DNA of 64,000 nt from Octopus sinensis. Lineage: Eukaryota. The notes under the pieces were generated by a model. That model had not been told where the DNA came from. It saw nothing but the letters and a program-made list of their open reading frames with translations, and did no database searches. Each line of letters starts with the position of its first letter. Positions within the stretch are counted from its first letter, which is position 1. Both the position numbers and the translations under genes were made by a program. The stretch lies in the NCBI RefSeq assembly GCF_006345805.1, contig NC_043012.1:1736001-1800000 (forward strand). The letters run 5' to 3'. Shown here in pieces: positions 40,973-52,200 of the stretch.

Positions 40973-41204
40973 TTGTGTGTCTGTGCTTGTCCCCCAACAT
41001 CGCTTGACAACCGCTGCTGGTGTGTTTACGTCCCCGTAACTTAGCGGTTCGGCAAACAGGCCGATATAGAATAAATACTAGGCTTACAAAGAATAAGTTC
41101 TGGTGTGTCGCAGTCAAATGACTGAAACAGTAAAAGAGTATAAGAGTATATATATGTGTTGTGTGTGTGTGTGTGGTGTGTGTGGAGGCGCACACACACG
41201 TGAT

Positions 41205-41249
<45 letters not shown>

Positions 41250-41564
41250 ATATATATATAATATCAGTGAAGGCGCATGGCCTAGTGGTTGGGGTGTTGC
41301 ACTCACTATCTAGCGACCGTGCTTTCAATTCCTAGACTGGGTAGTGCGTTCTGTTCTTGGGAATACACTTCATCTCGCGTTATTCTTCGAGATCGGACGC
41401 GAGGTACATCGCTCACCTGTTCAGACATCGTCGATTTGGTTGAGAGAGTGAGCTAATGCGCGCCGCGAACATTTGATCACTATAAAGAAATCATTTGTGC
41501 AGGTCGTTCGGCAATGGGTGAACGCTCATACGTCGCCTTCGACGGGAGAGTCCATCATATACAT

Positions 41565-41596
<32 letters not shown>

Positions 41597-41869
41597 ATGT
41601 GTGTGTGGAGGCGCAATGTCCCAGTGGTTAGGGCAGTGGACTCGCAGTCAGAGGATCGCGGTTTCGATTCCCAGACCGGGCGTTGTAGTGTTTATTGAAC
41701 GAAAGCACATAAAAGCTCCACGAGGCGTTGGCAGTGTGGTGTAAAGGGGAAAGCAAGTAAGGTTTATCCGTGGGAAGAAAAGCCTACGAAAAAGACCACG
41801 GTAACCTTGGTCAATATTGTTATATGTTACCACATTGTTTGCAAGTGGGTAACCCTCTGTTTCAATTTC

Positions 41870-42130
41870 TGGGTTCATAGGCTTATGCTCAAGGTGGCTT
41901 CGTCATTCATACGTGGCCATCCTTGCTACATTCACCCATCTTTTTTAAAAACATTCACTAGACAAAACTTGCCTCTCTACTCTCACTTTCCTTTTCAAGT
42001 GGTACTTGAAGAAGTTGATGAGATTGATCAGAGAGGAAAGTGTTTGTCTCCAATCCTTTCAGACGCGTCCACCAGATACATTCTTTCGCCATAGCCACAA
42101 GGATGATGAAAATAGCTCTTCCTTCCGTTG
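41870..42130 (-). mobile_element. L1/Tx1-like LINE ORF2 C-terminal fragment
   Basis: FIILVAMAKECIWWTRLKGL...INFFKYHLKRKVRVER...RW, disrupted. Confidence 0.55.
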
Positions 42131-42178
42131 AAGAAGGAGGAGGCGTGACATATGACGATAGACTCAGCTGATTAACCG

Positions 42179-42262
<84 letters not shown>

Positions 42263-42270
42263 CGATAGAT

Positions 42271-42308
<38 letters not shown>

Positions 42309-42674
42309 AGATAGAGATAGATAGATAGATAGATATGCCTATGTATGTAAATCGTAGTCCCTGGATTCCGGGAGAGACGATTTTGTAATTTCTTGCTGAA
42401 CAAGAATGATTTGTTTATAAGGGTCAAATTTTTCTACTGTACAATTAGCTCACTCCCACCATCAAGTCGGCATTACCTGTACAGATAGCAGAGCAACTTG
42501 AAATGAAGGGCTTTTGCTCAAGAACATAACCCACTACCCGATCCGAGAATCGAACCCACGAACCTCCGTGCAACACTAAAACCACTAAACCATACGCCCT
42601 CACAAGTATATATGTATGCAAGTATAAACATATATATATATATATTATATATGTATATATGTACATATAATATA

Positions 42675-42715
<41 letters not shown>

Positions 42716-43482
42716 TATATACACATATATATATACCTTATATATACATACATATACATATGTCTCCTTACCTTCGAAACGCGGAGTAGATGAAACAGGG
42801 ACAACTGAAGAAGGGGAATATTCATTATGTTGTATGTCCCGTTTCTCTGGGGTTTTTTTCGTTCTTCGAAAAAGTTCGTTTTCTATGTTTTTGTTTTTAT
42901 GTTTTCGTTTCTCATTGTGTTCAACGTTTTGTTGATATCCTGTACCCATATATGCATGTATATATACATATATATGTAGGTATGTACATATATGTATGTA
43001 TATATGTAGGTATGTACATATATGTATGTATATATGCATATATTTATATATTATTTATATTATTATTATATATGTGTGTATACATATATATATATATACA
43101 TACATATATATATACACACACAAACACACACACACGCACACATATATATATATATATGGGGTATTATATACTGAAAGACGATATCTGTAAATAACGTCAC
43201 CTCGGCAGTTTTAATCACGCTCAAGTCTCGGTTTATTAAGAAATCTAATCCCTGTTTTTAATAGTTTTCAAATATTGTTCACGTTGTTTTCATTGTTTAT
43301 TTGCTGACGAAACAGTTTGTGACTATGAACGTATTTTTCTGTGTCCGTGTATTTTCTACAACGTATCCTTGGAGTAAAAAAAACACGCATAAAAAATACA
43401 CACATACATATACTATATACATACATACATACAATGTACGTACATAAACACATAGCTGTATATGTGTTTTGGCATACATGTA

Positions 43483-43520
<38 letters not shown>

Positions 43521-43537
43521 TGTGTGTGTGTGTGTGT

Positions 43538-43573
<36 letters not shown>

Positions 43574-43796
43574 TGTGTGTGTGTATGTCCTGCGGTTAAC
43601 AACATCGATTCTAATAATTTTTAGACATCTTTATCGATGCGTGTATCCCTTGCTGTTTTTGTTAACCTTTAAACTTTTCACAAACATTTTCACGGATATA
43701 GACGCTATAAAAGCGGAAAAATTTCGTGAAATGCTGATTTGTATTTTCACAAGATCTATTTAAAGTCAACAATAAGCGTCACAAAGCGTGATATCA

Positions 43797-43950
43797 TATA
43801 AACCCGCAAATGTTCGAAATGTCTCCCATGCGCATTGTGACAGCGTTTCAATCGAGAAATCCATGCTCGTGCGGCATTTTGAAGCGTAATTTGAGGGATG
43901 CTATTCCAAGCATTTCTCAAGCTCGTTTTCAGTTCATCAATGACGGTTAT
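43797..43950 (-). mobile_element. Tc1/mariner transposase C-terminal fragment
   Basis: ELKTSLRNAWNSIPQITLQNAARAWISRLKRCHNAHGRHFEHL. Confidence 0.65.
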
Positions 43951-45029
43951 ATATGGCATCGATATTTTTGTTATCTTTGCTAATAACAATCAGAGATAAC
44001 AGAGACAATGAATCAGAAACCACCTATCAAACAGTTTGTTGTTGTTGTTGTTACTGTTGTTGTTGTTGTTATTTTTTCCTTCTCAAGCCATGCCTGGCTC
44101 ATAAGGACCGGTTTCCCGGTTTCATTGGCGTATAGGTTCCCCACCTGGATGGGACGCCGGTCTGTCGCAGGCGAGCTGCAAGATGCAGGAGGAAAGAATG
44201 AGAGACAGTTGTGACGAAAGAGTCAGCAGAAGTTCGCCATTACCTTCTGCCGGAGCCGCGTGGAGCTTAGGTGTTTTGCTCATAAAGACATACATCGCCC
44301 GGTCTGAAGTTCGAACCCGCTATTCCTCGACCGCGAGTCCGCTGCTCTAACCACTAGGCCATGTTCCTCCACATCACACAGTTTATTGATGATTTTCCTC
44401 TTTTCTAGCGACCACCCTTTATGTACAGACACTCACACACACGTACGTACACACATGCACTCACAAAAATATAGTTAACCCATAAGCACCCATGGATAAT
44501 CCATCATATTTCTGCAACACCTGACTTTTTCTGAGATATCTCTAGTTAGTTATCAAGACTGGAGTGTCTTTCAAATATTGTAATAAATTTTTTTTTATAT
44601 ATTTAGTATCAGATAAACTTAATACAGTTCTATATTTGAGAGATGAGGAATTATGTACATTATTTACATTCTTTACATTTGACGGATATTTGTCCTTATC
44701 TTTGTTGTTAACACAGCGTTTCGGCTAATGTACTCTCCAGCCTTTATCAGATGTCCTGGGAGGATTTTGAACTTGGGTCCTCATTCCTAAGATATTTTCC
44801 CGATGTTTTTATCATTGGCAGTGGACTCGCAGTCAGAGGATCGGGTTAGGGTTAGGGTTAGTTGTATATAAAAAAAAAAAAGATTTTTGGTAATAAATTA
44901 AATTTTAAAAAACTTGGGCACTAATATTGATTTCAAATTTTGGCACGAGGCCGGCAATTTCATGGAAGGGCGGTAAGTGTACTAACCTTTCTGCCTGTTC
45001 GTCGCCTTATATTTATATATAACATTATA

Positions 45030-45480
45030 TTATACAGGATGTTCAAAACATCCCTCCGCAGTGAATTTTTTGAAGACACCATCAACACCGAGAGATATTG
45101 TTCAAATAGTCCATCCACTTGTAGGCCAACTCACTAAAAATGAAATTTAAACTGCTTACTTTCAGTACATACTTCGCACATCACCATGGCGCTACTTCAG
45201 GAGTTTTTCGGTGAACGGATTATTTCGAAGGGACTTTGGTCACCAAGATCATCTGATTTAACAACGCCAGACTTTTTTTTTTTTCTGGGAAGCAAGTAAA
45301 GGATCAGTGTACAAGAATCGCCCGAAAACCGTTAATGAGTTAAAAGATGCAATCATAACCTTCACACGGTCCATACCGCGTCAGACACTCCAACATGTCT
45401 TTCAAAGAGTCAACTTATGTAGAAGAGTCAACTTATATATTGAAAATGAAGGACGACACTTTCAACACCTCTTATAGAGA
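45030..45480 (+). mobile_element. Internally deleted Tc1/mariner (rosa/maT-like) element
   Basis: TA-CAGGATGTTCAAAA end; LQEFFGERIISKGLWSPRSSDLTTPDFF...IENEGRHFQHLL*. Confidence 0.75.
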
Positions 45481-46134
45481 TTTTCTAAAGTCTTGTAAAG
45501 TCTGATATATTCTTTTGTAGTCTTATAACCATCTTATAGATATTTCTTTTGCAATAAAATACTTACTGCGGAGAAACTGAAAGAATATATATATATATGA
45601 CGCCACCCTGCTGGCTAAGCGAGCAGGCCAACAGAAGAAAGAGTGGTGAAAGAGTACAGCAGGGATCAGCACCCCCTGCCGGAGCCTCGTGGAGCTTTTT
45701 AGGTGTTTTCGCTCAATAAACACTCATAACGCCCGGTCTGGGAATCGAAACCGCGATCCTGCGACCGTGAGTCCGCTGCCCTAATATATATATATAATGT
45801 ATGTGTGTGTGTGTGTGTGTGCATGGAGGCGCAATGGCCTAGTGATTAAGGCAGCGGACTCACGGTCGCAGGATCGCGGTTTCGATTCCCAGACCGGGCG
45901 TTATGAGTGTTTATTGAGCGAAAACACCTAAAAAGCTCCACGAGGCTCCGGCAGGGGGTGCTGATCCCTGCTGTACTCTTTCACCACTCTTTCTTCTGTT
46001 GGCCTGTTCGCTTAGCCAGCAGGGTGGCGTCATTCGAAGGCTAAAACAATGCGAACGCATTGTGACCAGCGATGTGTAACAACATCTGATAGTCTGGTCG
46101 GTCACGTGATCACGTGATATATATATATATATTA

Positions 46135-46174
<40 letters not shown>

Positions 46175-46681
46175 TTTATTATATGCAAGATTACATAATA
46201 GTTATATTTTGCAATACTTACACTAATCTATTCACCCGGCCGCATCATGTGTGTGTATGGGAGGAAGTGAATATTGGTGGAAAACGCAACGCCCGACGAA
46301 ACATTACCATAGAAGCTCATTATGACAGACAGAAGATAGATTTACGATCTTAGGTAATCTTAGCAATGAATAGAACGTACAATGTGTGTAGCAGTTATTG
46401 TCAAACGACTAGAAAATCCAGTAGCTCTTTGCTATGTCCCGAAAGCATTTATATATATATATATAAGTGTGTTTGTGTGTATGTGTGGGTTGTGTTATGT
46501 TTTTTTAAGAGTTTTGTTTTATCATGGTTTTTTTAGGGAATTCGTGGTAATTAGTCTATATTTTCGATATGGATTATATATAGGTTATATATGGATTATA
46601 TACTTATATTTTTTCATTTATACTTTAATTATTTAAAAGTATTATTTTTATATTTTAAATTTGATTTTTTAGATTGGAAGT

Positions 46682-46724
46682 CCACCTGAAGATTGTCGAT
46701 CAAGACAAGAAACGATTGTAGTGG
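46682..46724 (+). ncRNA. Minimal type I hammerhead ribozyme in a Penelope-type repeat
   Basis: Stem I CCAC/GUGG; CUGAAGA; stem II UUGUC-GAUCAA-GACAA; GAAA; stem III AC-GAUU-GU; GUA triplet, predicted cut after 46720. Confidence 0.8.
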
Positions 46725-46810
46725 CGGTTTTTTTGACTATTTATTAAATTTTATGTATTGATTAAGTCTTTCCTTGTTTGTTTTGCAAAATAGTGGTTTT
46801 GTCTCAAATA

Positions 46811-46853
<43 letters not shown>

Positions 46854-47312
46854 ATATATATATATATTTGTGTGTGTGTGTGTGTGTGTACAGCACACAT
46901 ACGATGAGCTTCCTTTCTGTTTCCGCCTTCCAAATTCACTCTCTAGGCCCGGGGCTATAGTGTTGGTGGGAGTCGACGGTAGTATTTTCGGCATTTTTCA
47001 CGTCATCTTCCTTATTTTGCCTATTTGGAATCTTCTGGTTTCTTTGATCTCGTCTTCGTTAGACACAACGACTAAATTCTCTCTTTCGCTCATCTCTCTT
47101 TTCTCCCATTCTCTCTTTCTCTTCCTCCTCCTCCTCCTCCTCTCTCTCTCTCTCTCATTCTCTCTCTGCTCCTTTCATTTTCCTCCCTCTCATCTTCCAT
47201 TCTCGCATTGTCTCTGCTTTTCTCTCTCATCCCTTATTCTCTTCTTCTCTACTTCTCTCTTTCATCCCATCCCTAATCTTTCATTCTCTTTGTCTCTCTC
47301 ATTCTCCCTCCA

Positions 47313-47347
<35 letters not shown>

Positions 47348-48239
47348 TCTCTCTCTCTCCCTCTCTCTCTCTCATTCTCTCCCTTTCTCTCCTTATAACA
47401 TCGATCCACGTAATTCGTAGCTCCTTAAGCTGTCTGCAATTGAACGGTTGGCCTAAGAGTATTCAACCGTAATCCGCGCCACGACGAACCAGCTTCATTT
47501 CACCATTTTTATTACTACTACTATACTACTACTACTACTATCATCATCATCGTTAGCAAAGGTAGCGAGCTGGCTGAATTGTTAGCACGCCGGGCAAAAT
47601 GCTTAGCGGTATTTCGTCCGTCGCTTCGTTCAGAGTTCAAATTCTGCCGAAGTCGATTTTTGCCTCTCATCCTTTCAGGGTCGATAAAATAAGTACCAGT
47701 TGAACACAGGGGTCGATGTAATCAACTCATCCCCATCTCCCCCGAGCTGTCCTTGCGACAAAAATTTGAAATGATTATTATTATCATCATCATCATCATT
47801 TATTATTATTATTATTGAGTGAGAGAGTAATGCATGCCATCAAAGTGATACAAAGCCCAGTATACCCATCATGACTACCCGTCTGATAAAGGTACACCAG
47901 GCACATGCATCACAACCATATGTGCGTGACATAGTGATCTCCTATCAAGATGAATAGCGTATGACCTTGCAGGTGGGACCCAGTTAGATTTTCTTCAGGT
48001 TGAGTAGCCCATCCCACTCAGAAGGTCGGTGAATAAGCGTTGTTTAAGGATGATGAACGAAACATCCATGTTTCCAAAGGTGAATTATACAAACCCCAAA
48101 GAATCCCTCTCAACACATGGCTGTGATGCTCCCCCACTACTTCTGCTTGTGACCAGAGATGCACATATCGTCAGCCACTAAGGGACATGCTCAACTGGTT
48201 AAGGTCAAACAACTGACAAGCAAATCTGTGGTATTGAGC

Positions 48240-48466
48240 GGCGAGCTGGCAGAAACGTTAGCACGCCGGGTGAAATGCTTAGCGGTATTTCGTCTGCGTT
48301 ACGTTGTGAGTTCAAATTCCGCCGATGTCGACTTTGCCTTTCATCCTTTCGGGGTCGATAAATTAAGTACCAGTTACGCACTGGGGTCGATGTAATCGAC
48401 TTAATACCTATGTCTGTCCTTGTTTGTCCCCTCTGTGTTTAGCCCCTTGTGGGTAATAAAGAAATA
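48240..48466 (+). mobile_element. SINE family A, representative copy with TSD
   Basis: GGCGAGCTGGCAGAAACGTTAGC head; 10-bp TSD GGTATTGAGC (48230-48239 / 48467-48476), nested in another retroposon. Further copies near 0.7, 0.9, 3.6, 4.0, 4.6, 5.6, 26.2, 30.4-31.3, 39.8, 47.6, 56.8-57.2, 58.5-58.9 and 60.5 kb. Confidence 0.9.
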
Positions 48467-48719
48467 GGTATTGAGCAGAATATTTGCTGTAGCCCATCTT
48501 TTATACCAAGACAAAACAATGTAGATGATAACACTTCCAATCAGTTAAGATCAGAAGCCACGAGAGCCACTGCCTCAGGGCTGGGGTAAAATATACGAAG
48601 CCCAGTATAGCCTAGCATACCTGTATGGTTATGTACTGTTTACCTTGATATGAAATCACCAATCGCCGTGTCGTGTACATATGGCTGTGATGCATGTACC
48701 TGGTGTACCCTTATCAGAC

Positions 48720-49280
48720 GTGTAGTGGTGATGGTCGTTGTCGTCGTCGTGGTATGATGATAGTGGTGGTGGTGGTCGTCGTCGTGTTATGATGATGGTG
48801 GTGGTGGTGGTGGTGGTGATGATGATCGTGGTGGTGATGGTCGTCGTCGTCGTCGTGGTATGATGATAGTGGTGGTGGTCGTCGTCGTGTTATGATGATG
48901 GTGGTGGTGGTGGTGGTGGTGGTGGTGTGGTGGGGTGATGATGATCGTGGTGGTGATGGTCGTCGTCGTCGTCGTGGTATGATGATAGTGGTGGTGGTGG
49001 TCGTCGTGTTATGATGATGGTGGTGGTGGTGGTGGTGGTGGTGGTGGTGGTGGTGATGATGGTCGTCGTCGTCGTCGTGATTGAACTGGTGGTGGTCGTC
49101 ACTGTGTTAGGTGTAGGGCTGCTGCTACTGCTGCTGTTGCCGTTAGTAGTGACAGTGAGTGGTATCGATGCTGGTAGGTCATCATGACAACGACGACGAC
49201 GACCACGATTATTATACTCATTATAATCATCATTATAATCATCATTATAATCATCATCATCATCATCGTCGTCGTCGTCA
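48720..49280. repeat. (GGT/GAT/CGT) trinucleotide array with higher-order units
   Basis: GGTGATGGTCGTCGTCGTCGTGGTATGATGATAGTGG block recurs three times. Confidence 0.9.
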
Positions 49281-49621
49281 TCGTCGTTTCTAACATTGAT
49301 ACCAGAGCAGATGTTTGTGACAAGTGAGGTGACGTGAGGAGGTGGGCGAGAAGGTGAGGATAGTTCTTGATTTAATCGACCTCTGAAACGCTATTTCCAT
49401 TCAAAGAGAATCGCTTGTCAAAACGAAATTCTGCTAAATATCGGCTGGAATGTGATCCTTTATTGATAATAACGAAAGTTAACGTTCGTCTATTGATCGG
49501 ATTATAAACAAAAGAGAGAGAGAGAGAGAAATGCTTCCGTTACAGGTAAACAGCTGGCTCGGTATAACGATGTAGAGGTTATGATCATTCCCTCTTTACT
49601 TTACTTTCCTTTCCATATTTA

Positions 49622-49965
49622 AAGGTAAGGTAAAGACCCCCTTCGGTCATGAGTGACCATGGGTTTGCACCTAGAGAGTTACCCTCTGAGGCACAAGTCC
49701 GGGCAAGGTTGTTTATGGAAGACCAGCAGTCGCCCATGCATACCGGCCTCCCCTCTCCACGCCACCAGTGTTATCCAAGGGAAAGGTAAAGGCCGATACA
49801 GCTTGGCACCTGTGACGTCGCAACTCATTTCTACAGCTGAGTGAACTGGAGCAATGTGAAATAAAGTGTCTTGCTCAAGAACACAACACGCAGCCTGGTC
49901 CGGGATTCGAGCTCACAACCTCACGATCGTAAGCTCGACGCTCTAACCACTGAGCCATGCGCCTT
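49622..49965 (-). mobile_element. tRNA-headed SINE with CORE-like central domain
   Basis: Head AGGCGCATGGCTCAGTGG...GCTCGAATCCC; CTTGAGCAAGACACTTTATTTCACATTGCTCCAG core; TTTACC tail. Relatives at ~26.0, 44.1-44.4, 55.3-55.5 and 59.1 kb. Confidence 0.75.
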
Positions 49966-50029
49966 ATTTAGAGGCACATTAACCAATATGTCTTTTGGTC
50001 TACAAGGCATACTTCAACACCAATAACTA

Positions 50030-50880
50030 TGATGATGGCAATCCCTCAAGGTCGAGGATGATGGTCTTCGCGCAAATTTACTGGTGAGTCCGTAGGTGAC
50101 CGATAAGACCAATTCTTGCTTGAAAAGATCGGTCGCAGTGCGGACATCTAGTGCCGGAAGGGAGAGTCGCGCGTGGTTTGTTGTTGGCGCTCCTTCCGTC
50201 GTCGTCTTTTCTCCTCCAGCTCTGCAGACCTTTTCGACTCGAAAGTCGCCGTTCCCTCATGGATGGTGGTTTTCCAGAGTGGTCTGTTTTTTTGCCGTTT
50301 CCTCCCAGTTAGTGAAGTCGATGTCACACTTTTTGAGGTTCGTTTTCAGGGAGTCCTTGTAGCGTTTCTTCTGGCCTCCTTTTGTACGCTTGCCGTCTTT
50401 GAGTTGGGAGTAGAAGATCTGTTTGGGAAGTCGTTCGTCAGTCATTCTAACCACGTGGCCGCTCCATCTTAGTTGGCCTTTGATGACATAGGCTTCGATG
50501 CTGGTCATTTTTGCTTCTTGTAGCACGCTGACGTTAGTTCTTCTGTCTTCCCAGCTGATGTTAAGGATCTTCCGAAGACAGCGTTGGTGAAATTTCTCGA
50601 GCGTTTTCAGGTGGTGACTATACGGGGTCCAGGTTTCGGATGCGTAAAGGAGGGGTGGTATAATGACTGCCCTGTACACCATGAGTTTGGTTTCGGTTCG
50701 GATGTGCCGATCAGCAAAAACTCTTGTTCGAAGCTTGCCGAAAGCTGTTCCTGCACACTTCAGACGGTGTTGGATTTCATCGCTGAGGTCTACCTTTGCT
50801 GACAGATGGCTCCCAAGGTAGCAGAAATGGTTCACATTTTCCAGTGGAATTCCTTCGAGTTAAATCAATGGCGGGTTGTC
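50030..50880 (-). mobile_element. 5'-truncated RTE (BovB-like) LINE with C-terminal C2H2 finger
   Basis: FCYLGS, PLLYASETW, FHQRCLRKIL, QLRWSGHVVRM, GGQKKRYKDSLK; frameshifted tail CPHCDRSFQARIGLIGHLRTH; short CATCAT tail. Confidence 0.92.
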
Positions 50881-51327
50881 AACACGGGCATAAACCCTCA
50901 ACAAAGCTCAAGTGATGCAGTGTAGTACTACTCCCGCACAGCTGGGTTGGTACAGCTGCAACACATGTGGGCATCTTAGAACGCCCCTACCCCACACATT
51001 GATTGGTCTCCCGTCTAACTGGCTTAAGGTCGCTCATCGGCGCATCCTATCCCATCCTCTCGCCCATAGACATGTTTTTCCTCTCTCTGCATTTTCTATA
51101 CTACTACAATGGCCTCTGCTTCTCCGAGCTCGATGCAGTTCCAGAGAGATTTGACTACAATTTCTAACATCAAGCGATTTCGTCAAGGCATCCTATTGGG
51201 ACCGTAGCCCGCCTTTGCCTTTGAGAGTAGGGTTTCTTTGAACACTACGGTAGGTCAGAGTTCTGTAAGAATCATTGGAATGGTTAAAACAGTAAGTTAT
51301 ACGCACACACGTATCTACGTATATTAA

Positions 51328-51383
<56 letters not shown>

Positions 51384-51389
51384 TGTGTG

Positions 51390-51450
<61 letters not shown>

Positions 51451-51814
51451 GCTTCCACACAGTTCCGTCTATCAAATTCACCCACAAGGTGTTCGTTGAC
51501 TTAGAGCAATTGTAGGAGATACTTTCCCAAGGTACTTTTCCACCCTCTTTCTATTATAACTGTTATACTCGAGGGTACCCGCCTTCGCAACTGAATACCA
51601 ACGTGAATATATTGAAACCCATAATCCAACTACGCCTAGATTTACGGTACTGGTACAACATCGATTTCCTGCAACCTTTGGTTCCAAAGCTGTTCCGGAT
51701 TACTGATTCTTGTGAACCAGAGGTAGTCTCCTCTAAATTAAACAAATATTAAATTTACGCAAGTAATTAAATGAAATACAGATACCTGTACATCATGAAT
51801 ATAAATGATACATG

Positions 51815-52200
51815 GGATCTTTTCGGTTTGAACGGCAGTTTTTTCTAGCAGTGTCATATGAAATTGTCACCCATAATTATGACCCTAGTATCGATCTATT
51901 GCATTTCAATCTGTTTTAGAGTTAGGGTTAGGGGTGGAGGGAGGGTATCTTTTTTCTTCACAAATGTAAATAAACCCAATCTGTTTCTTAAACGAGGAAC
52001 ATATTCATACGGCACAGAATGTTTTCACCTCAATAGACGTCATCGATTGGTTGAAATTGCAGAAATTGAAGAAGAAAAAAACAACAAATTTCTTACAAAC
52101 TATAGAATTTTCTCAATAAAGTATACCAGTATACGAAGATTAAAAGTGTTTAGTTACATGGAAATTATTTTAAAAACTGCCGTTCAAACCGAAAAGATCC
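51815..52200. mobile_element. MITE with 28-bp GG-starting TIRs and 8-bp TSD (Merlin-like)
   Basis: TIR GGATCTTTTCGGTTTGAACGGCAGTTTT at both ends; TSD GATACATG at 51807-51814 and 52201-52208; one-ended copy at 12564-12647. Confidence 0.8.

Noticed and set aside
44842-44862. (TTAGGG)3 as an interstitial telomere
   Set aside because: Only about three units, within repeat-derived sequence; a similar motif lies inside the MITE at ~51920.
50881-50930. Twin-priming inversion at the 5' end of the BovB-like LINE
   Set aside because: The plus-strand peptide TLNKAQVMQ is too short a match and no TSD supports it.
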